Origin: Octopus sinensis | Lineage: Eukaryota | Direction of reading: 5' to 3' | Length of the DNA stretch: 64,000 nucleotides | Assembly (NCBI RefSeq): GCF_006345805.1 | Contig: NC_043001.1 | Span: 82,708,001-82,772,000 of the forward strand | In this document: piece by piece, positions 24,230 to 37,073 of the stretch | Layout of the letters: the number at the start of each line of letters is the position of its first letter | How positions within the stretch are numbered: position 1 is the first letter of the stretch | Made by a program: the position numbers and the translations under genes | The notes under the pieces: generated by a model | Told to the model about the DNA's origin: nothing | Databases searched by the model: none | What the model saw: only the letters and a program-made list of their open reading frames with translations

Positions 24230-24450
24230 CAAGCATGTAACGCTAAGATTCAGAACTCCAAGTTTCTCGATAGCATCGAATGCGGTTTTATTCAATTTTT
24301 GTTATCATTCCTTAGCTATCGTAAAGTGTTTGATACAAGAAAAACACGCAGGTTAAATACGTTACGATAAACGACGAGCCACAGCGAAAATAGAATAAAA
24401 TCACATTCGATGCTATCCAGAGTTCTGAACATAGGTATTCAATGCTTGTG
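24230..24450. mobile_element. Degenerate MITE-like element with about 60 bp inverted ends
   Basis: TTCAGAACTC...GATAGCATCGAATGCGGTTTTATTC versus GAATAAAATCACATTCGATGCTATCCAGAGTTCTGAA; outer CAAGCAT/ATGCTTG. Confidence 0.6.
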
Positions 24451-24974
24451 TTATTTTAAAATTTAGTCGTTTATTCCCAACGATATTGAGGTCTACTTCT
24501 TTGGTAGTTACATATGTGGTTTATTGGTATGTATGTATGTATGTATGTATGTATGTATGTATGTATGTATGTATGTATGTATGTATGTATGTATGTATGT
24601 ATGTATGTATGTATGTATGTATTATGTCATTGTTTAGTTTTCAGTATGTCATTATTCAGTTTTCAAGATTTCTTGCCAATAGAGAAAGAACCGGTTTCTA
24701 ACCTAGATCCTAGTTTCCTTCATTGGAATTTCAACACCAACAACAGGGCATTTTTTATGTATGTATGTATGTATGTATGTATGTATGTATGTATGTATGT
24801 ATGTATGTATGTATGTATGTATGTATGTATGTATGTATGTATGCATGCATGTATGCATGCATGTATGTATGTATGTCTGCATGTATGTATGTGCAGATCT
24901 GTATGTTTTATGTATGGATTTTCATGCATATAGTTGCATATCTAGACATGCTGATATATATTCAAATAGTGAAC

Positions 24975-25380
24975 CAGTGAGATATCCTTCAGACTTCATT
25001 AACATGAATGACAAGGGAGTGACAGAAAATATAAACAACATCACGGACAGGCTGTCTCCTGGGAATATGCCTTTGCGATACTGTATTCTCTCCGTGAGAA
25101 TACAGTCACTCTTTGTGTTTAACTTCAAGATGGTGGCCCACGATGAAGTCAGGTCAGCTATGGTTTTAACTATTCTCACTGGAGCTTTAACAAGCTGAAG
25201 GGCTTCTAGCATCCACGAGTGGGGAACAGAGTCAAAGGCTTTCTTGCAGCCTAATCATATCGAAACTAGGTTGTTCTTCCTATGCTCTCGTACCTTTGAC
25301 ATTACAGTTTTGTTGATTAACAATTGCTCGGCACATGCATAGACTCCCTTCTTCCCAGGTTTCCCAGATGATCGTTCTGC
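24975..25380 (-). pseudogene. Old R4-like RT fragment broken up by (ATAC)n expansions
   Basis: EQLLINKTV...KKAFDSVPHSWMLEAL...RKGIFPGDSLSVMLF. Confidence 0.85.
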
Positions 25381-25492
25381 TATGTATGTGTGTATGTATG
25401 TATGTATGTATGTATGTATGTATGTATGTATGTATGTATGTATGTATGTATGTATACACAGACACACACACACATATACATACATACATACA

Positions 25493-25526
<34 letters not shown>

Positions 25527-25554
25527 CATACATACATATATATATATATATCAA

Positions 25555-25730
25555 GTGAGAATCTACAAAAAACAAAGGACGAACACGGGTGTGTAAACAA
25601 CAAACAGATATATTAGTTTAACGATCGGGAAGTGAGAAAGTCTTTTACGTTTCGAGCCTACGCTCTTAGACAGAAAGGAACACAGTAATAAACAGCGAGA
25701 GAAAATAGAAAAACGAATTGTAGTCTGATA
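25555..25730. repeat. About 190 bp interspersed repeat in (TA)n; second copy at 32212-32392
   Basis: Shared TATTAGTTT.ACG.TCGGGAA.GTGAGAAAGTCTTTTACGTTTCGAGCCTACGCTCTT..ACAGAAAGGAACAC. Confidence 0.85.
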
Positions 25731-25761
25731 TATATATATATAATATATATATATATACATA

Positions 25762-25813
<52 letters not shown>

Positions 25814-25833
25814 ATATACATATATACATATAT

Positions 25834-25882
<49 letters not shown>

Positions 25883-25901
25883 CACATATATACATACATA
25901 C

Positions 25902-25955
<54 letters not shown>

Positions 25956-25971
25956 TATATATATATATATT

Positions 25972-26948
25972 ATACTAAGCAATAAGGGTTTAGCAACGAA
26001 TTGCCTTACCACATACCGAATTTAGAAATAGCAGTCAAAGGGTTATAGCTATTTCTTCTACTAAAAAGGGAGATCTCAGTAAAAACAGCAATTGGAAGGC
26101 TGACACAAACAGGTAAGAGAGAATGAATTAACTGCAATCTATCAAACATTTTTAAAGTTATCTACGGACGTACGTTTCGAAATCAAGTTTTTAGGAAAGC
26201 ATAAGAATTAAATATTAAATAATTCTATCTTACCGAAACTTCTTTTCTCTTCAGCGTAGAATACTATAATCATAAATGATTATATATTGAATTTTGAGAT
26301 ACTAGGAGGTACCAACTCAACTCAGTATCAGAGCGAGCTAGAATCCGCAACTAGTATCACCGAATTCAAATTTGTGAATGAAACGATTGTGTCAACAGCC
26401 CCTTCCCACCCGCGTGTAGCCAAAACAAGATGCTGTGGTCATCTACTGAGATAAAATATGGTTATCCGTAATAATGAAGGGTGAAATTAATTAATTTGGA
26501 ATAATTATCAATTACACCAAGTAGTCTTCGGCATGTAAAAGCCTCATTCGAGGAAAATTTAAGTAATACTAAGCAATAAGGGTTAGCAACGAATTGCCTT
26601 ACCACATACCGAATTTAGAAATAGCAGTCAAAGGGTTATAGCTATTTCTTCTACTAAAAAGGGAGATCTCAGTAAAAACAGCAATTGGAAGGCTGACACA
26701 AACAGGTAAGAGAGAATGAATTAACTGCAATCTATCAACATTTTTAAAGTTATCTACGGACGTACGTTTCGAAATCAAGTTTTTAGGAAAGCATAAGGAT
26801 TAAATATTAAATATTAAATAATTCTATCTTACCGAAACTTCTTTTCTCTTCAGCGTAGAATACTATAATCATAAATGATTATATATTGAATTTTGAGATA
26901 CTAGGAGGTACCAACAACTCAACTCAGTATCAGAGCGAGCTAGAATCC
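25972..26948. repeat. Full plus partial tandem duplication (unit about 595 bp; second copy about 380 bp)
   Basis: ATACTAAGCAATAAGGGTT...GAGCGAGCTAGAATCC at about 25972-26346 and 26567-26948. Confidence 0.9.
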
Positions 26949-26972
26949 TATATATATATATATATATAATAT

Positions 26973-27031
<59 letters not shown>

Positions 27032-27556
27032 GTACATACATAATGTACACTTTAACAAGAAGAATGGGGTGAGAAATTCGTTTTATTTCATAATCCAAAA
27101 ATTTTCATCGGATTTATATATAGACATAAAGAGTCGATATTTTCAAGCACTGCAGGAATATTACTGATTTGATGTATTATTTCGTATATTACATAGTAAT
27201 ATTCCAGTAATAAAGTTTTGGTAAAACGTCAATGAAAGCGTTGTTGAATAATGCAATAAAATAGGTTGCCCACTCTATTTTCTTCTTAATATATATATAA
27301 ACTCTCTGGATATTTACAGATTTTCGGATATCATCAGTGAAGCGATCCATTTTCGTTAGATGATAGCATCTGATAGCCAATACAAGTAGACGAACTTAAT
27401 CAAGTAAACTCAAAGTTTGTATGTTGAATGATACAAATATGGAGACTCACATACAACACTTGAAGTTTGTGGTCAACGATATGATGATCGCTGCATATCT
27501 TCAGCTGTCGTAAGCTTAGTGACAAATACAAAATAAAGAAAAAAACACGTATCACT

Positions 27557-27673
27557 AAAGAATATTACAGCCGAATAAAAAAAATTTGGACCTCAGAAGT
27601 CTCTGCATTCAATAGAACAGTGGCCCTCAATGTATTTGCTGTGCAAGTACTCATACCAACATTTGCACAGCTG
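27557..27673 (+). pseudogene. Short R4-like RT C-terminal relic
   Basis: KEYYSRIKKIWTSEVSAFNRTVALNVFAVQVLIP aligns with KECYRRVRAVLKSELNARNKVLAINSLAVPVVTY in the element at 13.5-17.5 kb. Confidence 0.65.
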
Positions 27674-27738
27674 ATATGAAGACAAAACCCCCCTCTGATC
27701 GTGCGAGGGAAGCATCTCTTTTCAGTTTGATTTGTCAG

Positions 27739-27780
<42 letters not shown>

Positions 27781-27801
27781 GCATATGTATATATATACAT
27801 A

Positions 27802-27896
<95 letters not shown>

Positions 27897-27897
27897 A

Positions 27898-27936
<39 letters not shown>

Positions 27937-27960
27937 ATATGTATATATAGATAGATATAT

Positions 27961-28150
27961 ATCGACTCCGCCATCTCTTCAGTTATCCGGCCATCGAAAA
28001 AAAATTTAAGAGACCTCGATGTTATGTAAATAGAGGAATTTATCTGTAAATTTTTTCCGATGGCCAAACAACTGAAGAGATGGCGGCGTGGATTTCCGCC
28101 CCGACATCCGAAACTCGGAGTTATCATGGCTACCGAATAATTGTTACATA
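27961..28150. repeat. Rearranged second copy of the hammerhead family 2 repeat
   Basis: A partial minus copy (27961-27995) and a reversed tail (about 27998-28050) precede the + copy CTGAAGA GATG GCGG(CGTGGATTT)CCGC CCCGA CATC C GAAAC TCGGAGT T at about 28072-28135; stem I is decayed. Confidence 0.8.
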
Positions 28151-28172
28151 TTACATTTACAGATGTATATAT

Positions 28173-28246
<74 letters not shown>

Positions 28247-28504
28247 CATACTCATACATATGCATATATGTATGTGTGTGTGTGTACTACCGCCATCAGC
28301 CTCATGTAGGTATGACATGGTAGCATATATTAAACTTTCGTAAATTGCTTTAGGTACCAATTTAGCTGTGAATGGATGTTTTCTCTTTCAGAGTTTCTAA
28401 CTATACCACTACAGCGTTATCTCTGTCTTTGTCTTAGAAAGAAATTTAAATTTATTGTGAACTAAATTCGGTGAAAATGCGTTTCCAACTGTTTAATGTG
28501 TTGC

Positions 28505-28695
28505 AATCACGATCGCGACAGCGTGGATTTGAATCCAGGACCGGGCGATGCGTTGTTATCTTGAGCGAAAGACTTCATCTCGTCTTGCCTCAGCCCACTC
28601 AGCTGTAAATGAGTAACCCTGCGACATGCTGGCGTTCCATTCAATCTCGTTCTCTTATACTTCATAGAGATCGGGTAACCCTAGGACTCGCGACT
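28505..28695 (+). mobile_element. Old tRNA-type SINE relic with a conserved central-domain-like motif
   Basis: B-box-like GGATTTGAATCC, then TTGAGCGAAAGACTTCATCTC...CCCACTCAGCTGTAAATGAGTAACC. Confidence 0.5.
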
Positions 28696-28704
28696 ATAAT
28701 GTCA

Positions 28705-28719
28705 GAGATGATGATGATA

Positions 28720-28765
<46 letters not shown>

Positions 28766-28805
28766 CGATGACGATGATGATGATGATGACGACGACGATG
28801 ATGAC

Positions 28806-28843
<38 letters not shown>

Positions 28844-28868
28844 CGACGACGACGACGACGATGATGAC

Positions 28869-28907
<39 letters not shown>

Positions 28908-29016
28908 AATGACGATGATGATGATGATGATAACGACGACGACGACAATGATGATGATGACGAGGATAACGATGATGATGATGCTGATGCTGATGATGAT
29001 GATGATGATGATGAAT
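28705..29016. repeat. About 310 bp (GAT/GAC)n trinucleotide microsatellite
   Basis: Direct reading of the sequence. Confidence 0.95.
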
Positions 29017-29464
29017 AATTAAAGTACAGTCACTTTAACCTAATTATCAATTCATGATACTCAGCACTTTAAATTATTTTCTCTTGCTTCATTTAGTTTT
29101 AATTATGCAAATTTCGCTTGTCCAAAATGTACTAAAATCTTTATGTCTTTTTATATGTGTTTTTTTGTTTTTGTTTTTGAGAGGGATTTTATTATCATTT
29201 TTTTTTTTGTCATTCCTTTACAGAATTCAAACCGGTCAATAACGAAGTAGCAAAGTTCTTTGTTTTTAAGTCAAGACGGCTCTTGGGGTTTCGTGGTTAT
29301 CTGAATCGATTTGGTGGATGCATATAAGTGTATGTGTACATGTGTGTGAACATATGTGTGTGTATGTGTACGTATGTGTAAACATATGTGTGTGAGTGAG
29401 TGCATGTGTGCATATAGTGAACTCAGTGGGTGTGCGTGCTTCATTTTCTGTTTATGTGTGTGTA

Positions 29465-29505
<41 letters not shown>

Positions 29506-29806
29506 GTATACAAACAGTTCATATATATATATGATTTTGTGCATGTGTTTCACCGTATGTATGTTTACGTTTAGATATGCATGCAGACACATACGCGCCC
29601 GCGCACACACACAGACTCTCAATCGTACATACATATGTGCATAAACATATATACATAGACACATAAATACGTATATATATATATATATACATACCTTCTA
29701 ACCTACATGTGTACATATATAACCATATATGTGTGCGTATATATGTATGTGTGTGTGTGTTCGCGCACATGCGTATGCATGTGTGTATAAATGCATACAT
29801 ACAGAG

Positions 29807-29854
<48 letters not shown>

Positions 29855-30297
29855 GAGAATTTAATTTTTAAAATTAATTCGTAATTTATTGAAATTATTC
29901 CTCTCTCCTTCGATCTCTTTCTTCACTGTAGAGTATTGATAGGTTTTTCATTTAATTTTTCAAAGAGAAAGATTTCAATTCGTTCAGCAGTTCTCTCTCT
30001 CTCTGTCTCTTTTTCTTTGCATACATCATTCAGTCCATTCTAACATTCTTCACTGAATCTCACTCTAAGACATTGACTGGTGTTTGTAGAATACATACCA
30101 GGTGTTGGAGTTAAATTTGAGAGTTTGAGCAAAGGAAATGAAAACATAATATCCCATTCAAAAATAGATGTATTAAAAAAAATTAATATATCAGTTACAT
30201 TATGGGTAGGAAATAACAGTTTACTCAAAAAGTAGCTGCCCTCGACTTCAATCACGGCCTCAAGACGGCTCTGGAACCAGGCGCATGGGTTTCTCAC

Positions 30298-30497
30298 TGT
30301 TAGCACGCCGAACAAAATGCTTAGCAGTATTTTGGCAGTTTTCATATTCTAAGTTCAAATTCCACCGAGGCCGACTTTACCTTTCATCCTTTCGGGGTCG
30401 AAAAAGTAAGTATCAGTAAGACAACGGAGTCGACGTAATCGACTTACCTCTTCCCCACAAATTTCATACTTTGTACCTTTAGTAGAAAAGATTATTT
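30298..30497 (+). mobile_element. SINE family A, short-tail, diverged
   Basis: GTTAGCACGCCGAACAAAATGCTTAGC...GTTCAAATTCCACCGAGG...AGTAGAAAAGATTATT. Confidence 0.8.
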
Positions 30498-30741
30498 AGA
30501 ACTCAGCATTGGATGTTCTCAGTGTATTTGGACGCCTAACTGCAACAGATTATCAGGGAAAACACTTTATTGTAATCTGTTACAGAGATCTAATACTTGT
30601 CAGACACATAAGCATTACAAAATATTTTTTTAATGCTAAAATACCATAATAAAAAAAGTGAAAACAAGACCATGTTTTAACTTTATTCATCTGAAATATT
30701 CTATACACATTCACACAAAATCGAATATATATATATATACA

Positions 30742-30935
30742 CTCTTTTTACTTGTTTTAGGTATTTGACTGCGGCCATACTGGAGCACCGCCTTTAGTCG
30801 AGCAAATCGACCCCAGGACTTATTCTTTGTAAGCCTTGTACTTATTCTATCGGTCTCTTTTGTCGAAGCACTAAGTTACGGGGACGTAAACACACCAGCA
30901 TTGGTTGTCAAGCGACGTTGGGAGGACAAACGCAG

Positions 30936-31020
<85 letters not shown>

Positions 31021-31180
31021 CGACGGGCTTCTTTCAGTTTCCGTCTACCAAATCCACTCACAAGGCTTTGGTCGGCCCGAGGCTATAGTAGAAGACACTT
31101 GCCCAATGTGTCACGTAGTGGGACTGAACCCGGAACCATGTGGTTGGTAAGCAAGCTACTTACCACACCGCTACTCCTGA
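30742..31180 (-). mobile_element. SINE family B, full-length
   Basis: Reverse complement has head (AGGAGTAGCGGTGTGGAAGTAGCTTGCTT...GGTTCAGTCCCACT), (TA)n(TG)n slot and complete tail. Confidence 0.92.
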
Positions 31181-31499
31181 GCCTATATATATATATATCT
31201 TATATATATCTTGACTCTTCTTCCTCTACAACTTTTGTTTATCATTTTTGAAATTTGAATAGTTCTACCTTTTTTTCAAACATAACGAAGGGGTGCCAAG
31301 CCGGAAAGAAAACAACAACAAAATAAATAGATAAATAAAAAAGCTTCCGAGCTTTTAACTATCTATCCAATCGTAGTTAAAATATATGAAGTATAGTTAG
31401 TCATATTGTCTATCTCCAGGTCAGGTTTGATCAAACAGAACTATGTTCAAAGATGTCCAAGCTGTGATAATTTCGCCATGTTTTTTAAAAAAATATTTT

Positions 31500-31920
31500 A
31501 TCTTTTATCTGTTTCAGTCATTTGGAGTTCAGCCATGCTGGAGCACTATCTTGAAGGGTTTTAGTAGAATAAATCGATCCCAGTACTTAAGTTCTTTTTT
31601 TTTCTTCTTTTCTTTTCAATCTGGTACTTATTTTATTGATCAGTTTTGCCGAATCACAAAGTTTTGGAGACGGAAAGAAACCAACTCTGGTTGTCAAGTG
31701 GTGTGGGTAGACAAATACACACGCTCATGCACGCACGCACACACACACACACACATACACACACAAGCACACACACAAGCCACACACACACATACATATT
31801 CGACGGGCTTTCAAACAGTTTCCGTCTACTAAATTCACTCACAAGTTATTAGTCGACCCAGCCCAGAACTGGAGTAGAAGGCACTTGTCCAAGATGCCAC
31901 GCGGAGTCGGGAACAAACAC
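31500..31920 (-). mobile_element. SINE family B, diverged
   Basis: GTTTCAGTCATTTGG...GCCATGCTGGAGCAC...GGTTGTCAAG...CGACGGGCTTTC...TTCCGTCTAC...GCACTTGTCCAAGATGCCACGC. Confidence 0.8.
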
Positions 31921-32282
31921 GAAGAAATATACATTTATATATGCACACACACACACAAACTTACACACATATACTTACATACACACACACATTTACACAC
32001 ACATACTTACCCACGCATGTTTACACACACACGTACATATATAAATAAGAGGATGTCAAGTATTAATACTAATACTTGACATCCTATTACTTATTTTTAT
32101 TCTATTCACCTTATATCGAGCTGTGCATATAATACCGTACTGACTTGGGGCCTCAACTTAAGTACTTAATTTAACTGAATCTTAAATATATATATATATA
32201 TATATATATATAGTTGAAATTTACAGAAAAACAAAAGACGAAGACAGGTGTATTAGTTTGACGCTCGGGAAAGTGAGAAAGT

Positions 32283-32318
32283 CTTTTACGTTTCGAGCCT
32301 ACGCTCTTCAACAGAAAG
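32283..32318 (-). ncRNA. Minimal hammerhead-like motif with non-canonical core (family 3); decayed copy at 25642-25677
   Basis: CTTT-CTGTTGA-A-GAGC(GTAG)GCTC-GAAA-CG-T-A-AAAG. Stem I CTTT/AAAG, 4 bp stem II with tetraloop, palindromic ACGT stem III, GUA triplet; U replaces the conserved A6. Confidence 0.55.
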
Positions 32319-32402
32319 GAACACGAGGAAATAAATAGAGAGAGAATAAAAAATAAAGTTGTGGATTTAGCGATCAGTCATGGCGACTGATATATAAATA
32401 TA

Positions 32403-33271
32403 TATAAGATCATTAAGAATGAAATGTTCGATTTTCTTATTCAACAAGTTTGACAGTTGTGAACTCTAATGGTTTATCCTGACAATTCTTTGTTTTACAT
32501 CATTGAAGAGTTACATCATCACATTTCGAAATGCAATTCATGGTGTCTGATTATATTGTGACTTTTCTCTTATAAATCAATTTTTCTGAACCCATAGATC
32601 AGTAAAAAAATTCGTGTTGTTTATGAATATGAGTTCTGTCATGGAACCAATGCATCCCAGACAGCTCGAAACATCAATAAGGTGTTTGATGAAGATGTAG
32701 TGAATGAGTGCACCGTTCATCGATCGTTTGAGAAGTTCCACTCTGGTGACTTTACTCTTGAAAATCAAACCCGCGGTAGACTTGAGACCAAGGTGGATAA
32801 TGATAAGCTGGAAACTGTAGTGGAAGCGGATACATTTCAAACTACGCGTGAGTTAGCAGCAAGATTTGATGTTTCAATTCCAACTGTATTGGACCATCTG
32901 AAACAAATCGGTAAGGTAAAGAAGCTGGACAACTGGGTACTACACCAACTGAATGAGCATCAAATGACATGTCGTCTTGAGACTTGCTGCTTTTTGCTGT
33001 CATGGCATAAAGCAAACCATTTTTGCAACGTATTGTTACGTGTGATGTAAAATGGATTCTTTTCAACAATAGCAAGTGTTCTGCACAGTGGTTGGATAGA
33101 GAAAAAATGCCAAACCACAATCCAAAAAAGAATATTCACCCCAAAAAGCTAATTGTGTCTGTTTGGTGGTCCAGCGCTGGTGTCATCCACTACAGCTTCA
33201 TGAAACTTGGTAAGTCAATTACGGCGGATCTATACATCAACCAACTGGATGAAATGATGAGTGAACTTGCA
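32403..33271 (+). mobile_element. mariner-family transposon, 3'-truncated, transposase pseudogene from about 32594
   Basis: YEF..G.NASQTARNIN.VF...TV.R.FEKF.SGDF.LE...RGR, TTRELA..F.VS..TV..HLKQIG.VKKLD.WV.H.L (WVPHEL-like), RIVTCD.KWI, K.IVSVWW...GVIHY, ITA.LY..QL. Ends at (TA)n; the 5' boundary is approximate. Confidence 0.9.
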
Positions 33272-34350
33272 ATATATATATATATATTATATATATATAT
33301 ATATGTCAGTAGCATGACTCGAACCATTGATCTCTCGGTTAATATACCTGATATATATATATATACTTCTGCATGGCCGTCAAGCCAAGTCAATTTGGGA
33401 CGCCCACTTCTTCAAAATCTCTAAATTTGGCCCTGTTTTGGCGCCGATGTTTTCATAAAATTTTCCGAAAATAAAAGTAAAATAATTTTACAAGCAGCTA
33501 ATGTTTGAATAATAAACTTAATTACAATTTAATGAGTGGAATTCATTATAAGATTTAATTGATCGAGCTTCCACATTTCGCAACTGAAAATATTTTGATG
33601 CCATATATTGTTATTGTTGGTGTTGTTGATAGTCTTATTATCGTTATTATTGTTGCTGTTGTTGTTGTTGTTGTTGTTACAGATTTTGTTTTGTATTTTT
33701 TAAAAACACTTTTTCTCATTTTTGTTGTTTGTATTGTTGGTGATAGTAGTGGAGTTGATGATAGAGGTGGTGGTGGTGGTGGCAGTGGTGTTGATGTTTG
33801 TGATTTTCGTAGAAATCAAAATCGAATTTGGCAGGTAAATATATTTTAGAACGCTGCAGGCACAAACGGATTTCCCATGTAAATATATTTCATTTCTCTA
33901 AATTCAGTTGTTTTGTGTCCTGAAGGAACAACACAGAAGCCTATACGTGGTAACAGAAAATGCTAGAAACCTCAGCCAATTCTACCCCATATCACAATTT
34001 GCCCTTATGATATCAACCCGCCTGAAATTTTACAAGGTTCTATGACACACAATTTCTGTTTAAAGTAATGAAAGTGAAAACATCCCTTCAATGTTTTATG
34101 TTAATTTCGGTTCCAGGTTCTGGTTTAATAGTTTTTCTCTTGTTTCAGACATTGGACTGTGGCCATCCAGGAGCACCACCTGGAAAGGTTCAATTGAACA
34201 AATCGACCCCAGTACATTCTTTAAGCCTGGTTTTTATTCTATCGTTCGGGGACGTAAACAAACCAACACCAGTTGTCATGCAGTACACACTCAAGTACAC
34301 ACTCAAAGACACAAAACATATCTATATGTGTATATATGAATATATATATA

Positions 34351-34395
<45 letters not shown>

Positions 34396-34966
34396 ATATG
34401 TTTATGCAATAGAAACAATTGTTGGATTTTTGAGGTATGATCTAAAATAAAGATATGATTTTCTTCGTACATATTTTTGATTATTGTAAATACATAGAAT
34501 TTCTTAAGATTCTGCATAAGGATTGTTGGATTTACCTGTCATACATGAGGATTTACCCGGAACCTGCATTCTACATACATTTACTTGTATCTGCTTGTTG
34601 GAAATTTGAAGTACTTAGTTCTGCTCGGGACTTGGTGCTTGCTTTTTCCATGGGTATGAGTAGGTATTTCACTTATATCTCGCGTATTTGCCGCCGAAGA
34701 GGGGAAAATTTCTTACGAATTAACCCCGAAATTGGACCAATGCGGTAATAACGAATTTTTTAGAGATTTCTATCGGTTTGTTTCGAGACGCATAAATTAT
34801 AATGGTTTATTGACAATTATTGCCTTTTTTCGGCATATTTGGCATTAGAATTTTTCTTTTGCCCTTATCTTGTAAATTATTTATAAATTTAACCTTTAAA
34901 GGTATTTTTTGATATTCTGGCCATTGATAAAATTTTTTTCCCGAAAAAAATTTTATCCTACATTAG

Positions 34967-35042
<76 letters not shown>

Positions 35043-35229
35043 CATACATATTATATATATATATATATATACGATGGGCTCCCACACTGTTTCCATCTAC
35101 CAAAATCACTCACAAGGCACTGGTCGGTTCGTAGATATTATAGAAAAGACTTGCTCAAGGTATCGCGCAGTGGTACTGAACCGGAAAGCAAGGATTGTAA
35201 AATGAGCTTTTGAAGCACAAAACCTTGCC

Positions 35230-35336
<107 letters not shown>

Positions 35337-35368
35337 GTTATAATAAAAATCCCAAATCTTGTTAAATA

Positions 35369-35490
35369 CAGCTACCCAGGGAATCCTGGTCGAAATAATT
35401 TATTTCGCCAGTTTTGTTTGTGATCATTTTTTAGGCTTGAAAAAATGATGAAATAAATTATTATTTCGATCAGGAAACCTTGGGTAGCTG
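35369..35490. mobile_element. Small MITE (about 122 bp, about 40 bp TIRs)
   Basis: TA|CAGCTACCCAGGGAATCCTGGTCGAAATAATTTATTTC versus GAAATAAATTATTATTTCGATCAGGAAACCTTGGGTAGCTG. Confidence 0.75.
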
Positions 35491-35522
35491 GTATGTAAAC
35501 AATAATGAATTGTGGGCACACT

Positions 35523-36253
35523 GTATTTTGTTATGCAACCATAATATACTATAAAGTATATTTAACGCTTTTTATATGTCAATACCATGCTCTGCTGTGT
35601 TAGCAGTGTTCTTACATTACTTGTTAAGCTTATCTACAGATACTCTATAGAAATTGTTGCCAGCACTGATTTTTGTGACAACGTTTCGCATCCGAGACGT
35701 CAAATATAAACAATGAAAGCGAAGATGAAAAAGGGCAATGGGCTTATATACCATGTTTCGGGAGTTTTTAATCCTTCATCAGTATCTATCTGACCCATTA
35801 ATCATCCATGAACACATGGCTTAAATAGCCACTAAATACAACTGTGTAACGTTATTTGATATACCAGTTTTACATATTTACGTACCACCTTCCAGGATTG
35901 TGCTTAATACATAAAATTAGTACATCAAATAACGTTCACCGCTGTATTTAGTGGTTATATAAGCAATATATAATTAAAGGGTTAGGTGGATGTTGATGAA
36001 GCGGCAACCCCCCACGAAATATGGCATACACACCCATTACCCCCTTTTCATCTTCGATTTCATTGTTAGTTTACCCGTGACGTCCACGGTACGAAACGTC
36101 GTAACAAAAACCAGTGCTAATTTCTGTAGAATATCTATAGAGATGACCTTAACAAGTGATGTTAAGAGCACTGCTAACACAGTAGAACGCAGTGTTGATA
36201 TATAAAATCGTATAATATACCTTTTATTATATTATAGTTGCATAACGAAATAA
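35523..36253. repeat. Diverged inverted repeat (about 180 bp arms, about 375 bp spacer)
   Basis: TATTTTGTTATGCAACCATAATATA...CTGTGTTAGCAGTGTTCTT...CAGCACTG.TTTTTGTGACAACGTTTCG...GACGTCA (35523-35702) is mirrored at 36079-36253. Confidence 0.8.
35745..35786 (-). ncRNA. Degenerate hammerhead-like motif (family 6)
   Basis: ATA-CTGATGA-A-GGA(TTAAAAAC)TCC-C-GAAA-CATGG-T-A-TAT. Intact core, short stems, imperfect stem III. Confidence 0.4.
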
Positions 36254-37026
36254 CGCATCCCTACAAGTCATTAATAAAATACTAGGAGCAGGAAAGTAAC
36301 AATTACGGTCTGCCTATATAAAGTATTAGATGTTTTTCTGTCGCATCGTGTATATACACTTTTTAAGTAGCAGTTGATGATATGTGCGATGTACTACTCC
36401 CTATAAAAATGGTGCATGCGGAAATTTACAGATGTTTCTTGCTTAACACAGCTTTTTTTTATTTCTACTGTTACATGCTGAGCCTATAGGATTCCTCTAT
36501 GTATTGTCTTATGATGTCATTTCTTTCTTATGAGAGATGACAATTGAAAGATGCAGAAAAGTGTCTACTGTCCAACGGTTTTCATATAACATATATACGT
36601 ATATATGCCTATTTGATTCTCCTCTTTGTCTCTGTCTCTCTCTGTCTCTCTCTCTGTCTCTCACTCTCTCTCTGTCTCTCACTCTCTCTCACACACACAC
36701 TTTATATATATGTATATAGCAAAACATACGTTTTATATATACATATATATATGTGTGTGTATATATACATGTATACTTGTATACACACACACATATATTT
36801 ACAGACACACACATACATGTAGGCAGAAAAAAATACAGAGATCGATAGGTAGAGACAGAGAGGGCGACAGAGAGAGAGAAAGATGGAGATTTGTACATCA
36901 ATGGTTTTTTTCATATTACACATATATTTGAGAGTATATCTATCTATTGATCTATTTGTCAGTCGGTCTGTTTGTCTGTCCGTCTGTCTGTATACAGTTG
37001 GATGCATATAAATGTATATACATACA

Positions 37027-37073
<47 letters not shown>

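Noticed and set aside
26515-26560. Hammerhead-like CTCGAATGA-GGC(TTTTACAT)GCC-GAAG on the minus strand
   Set aside because: The core has insertions, GAAG replaces GAAA, and no stem III/NUH/stem I can be drawn.
30033-30130. Possible exon (polypyrimidine tract plus CAG on +; CTG|GTATGT donor on -)
   Set aside because: The splice signals are on opposite strands and do not bound one exon; the peptides are unrecognisable.
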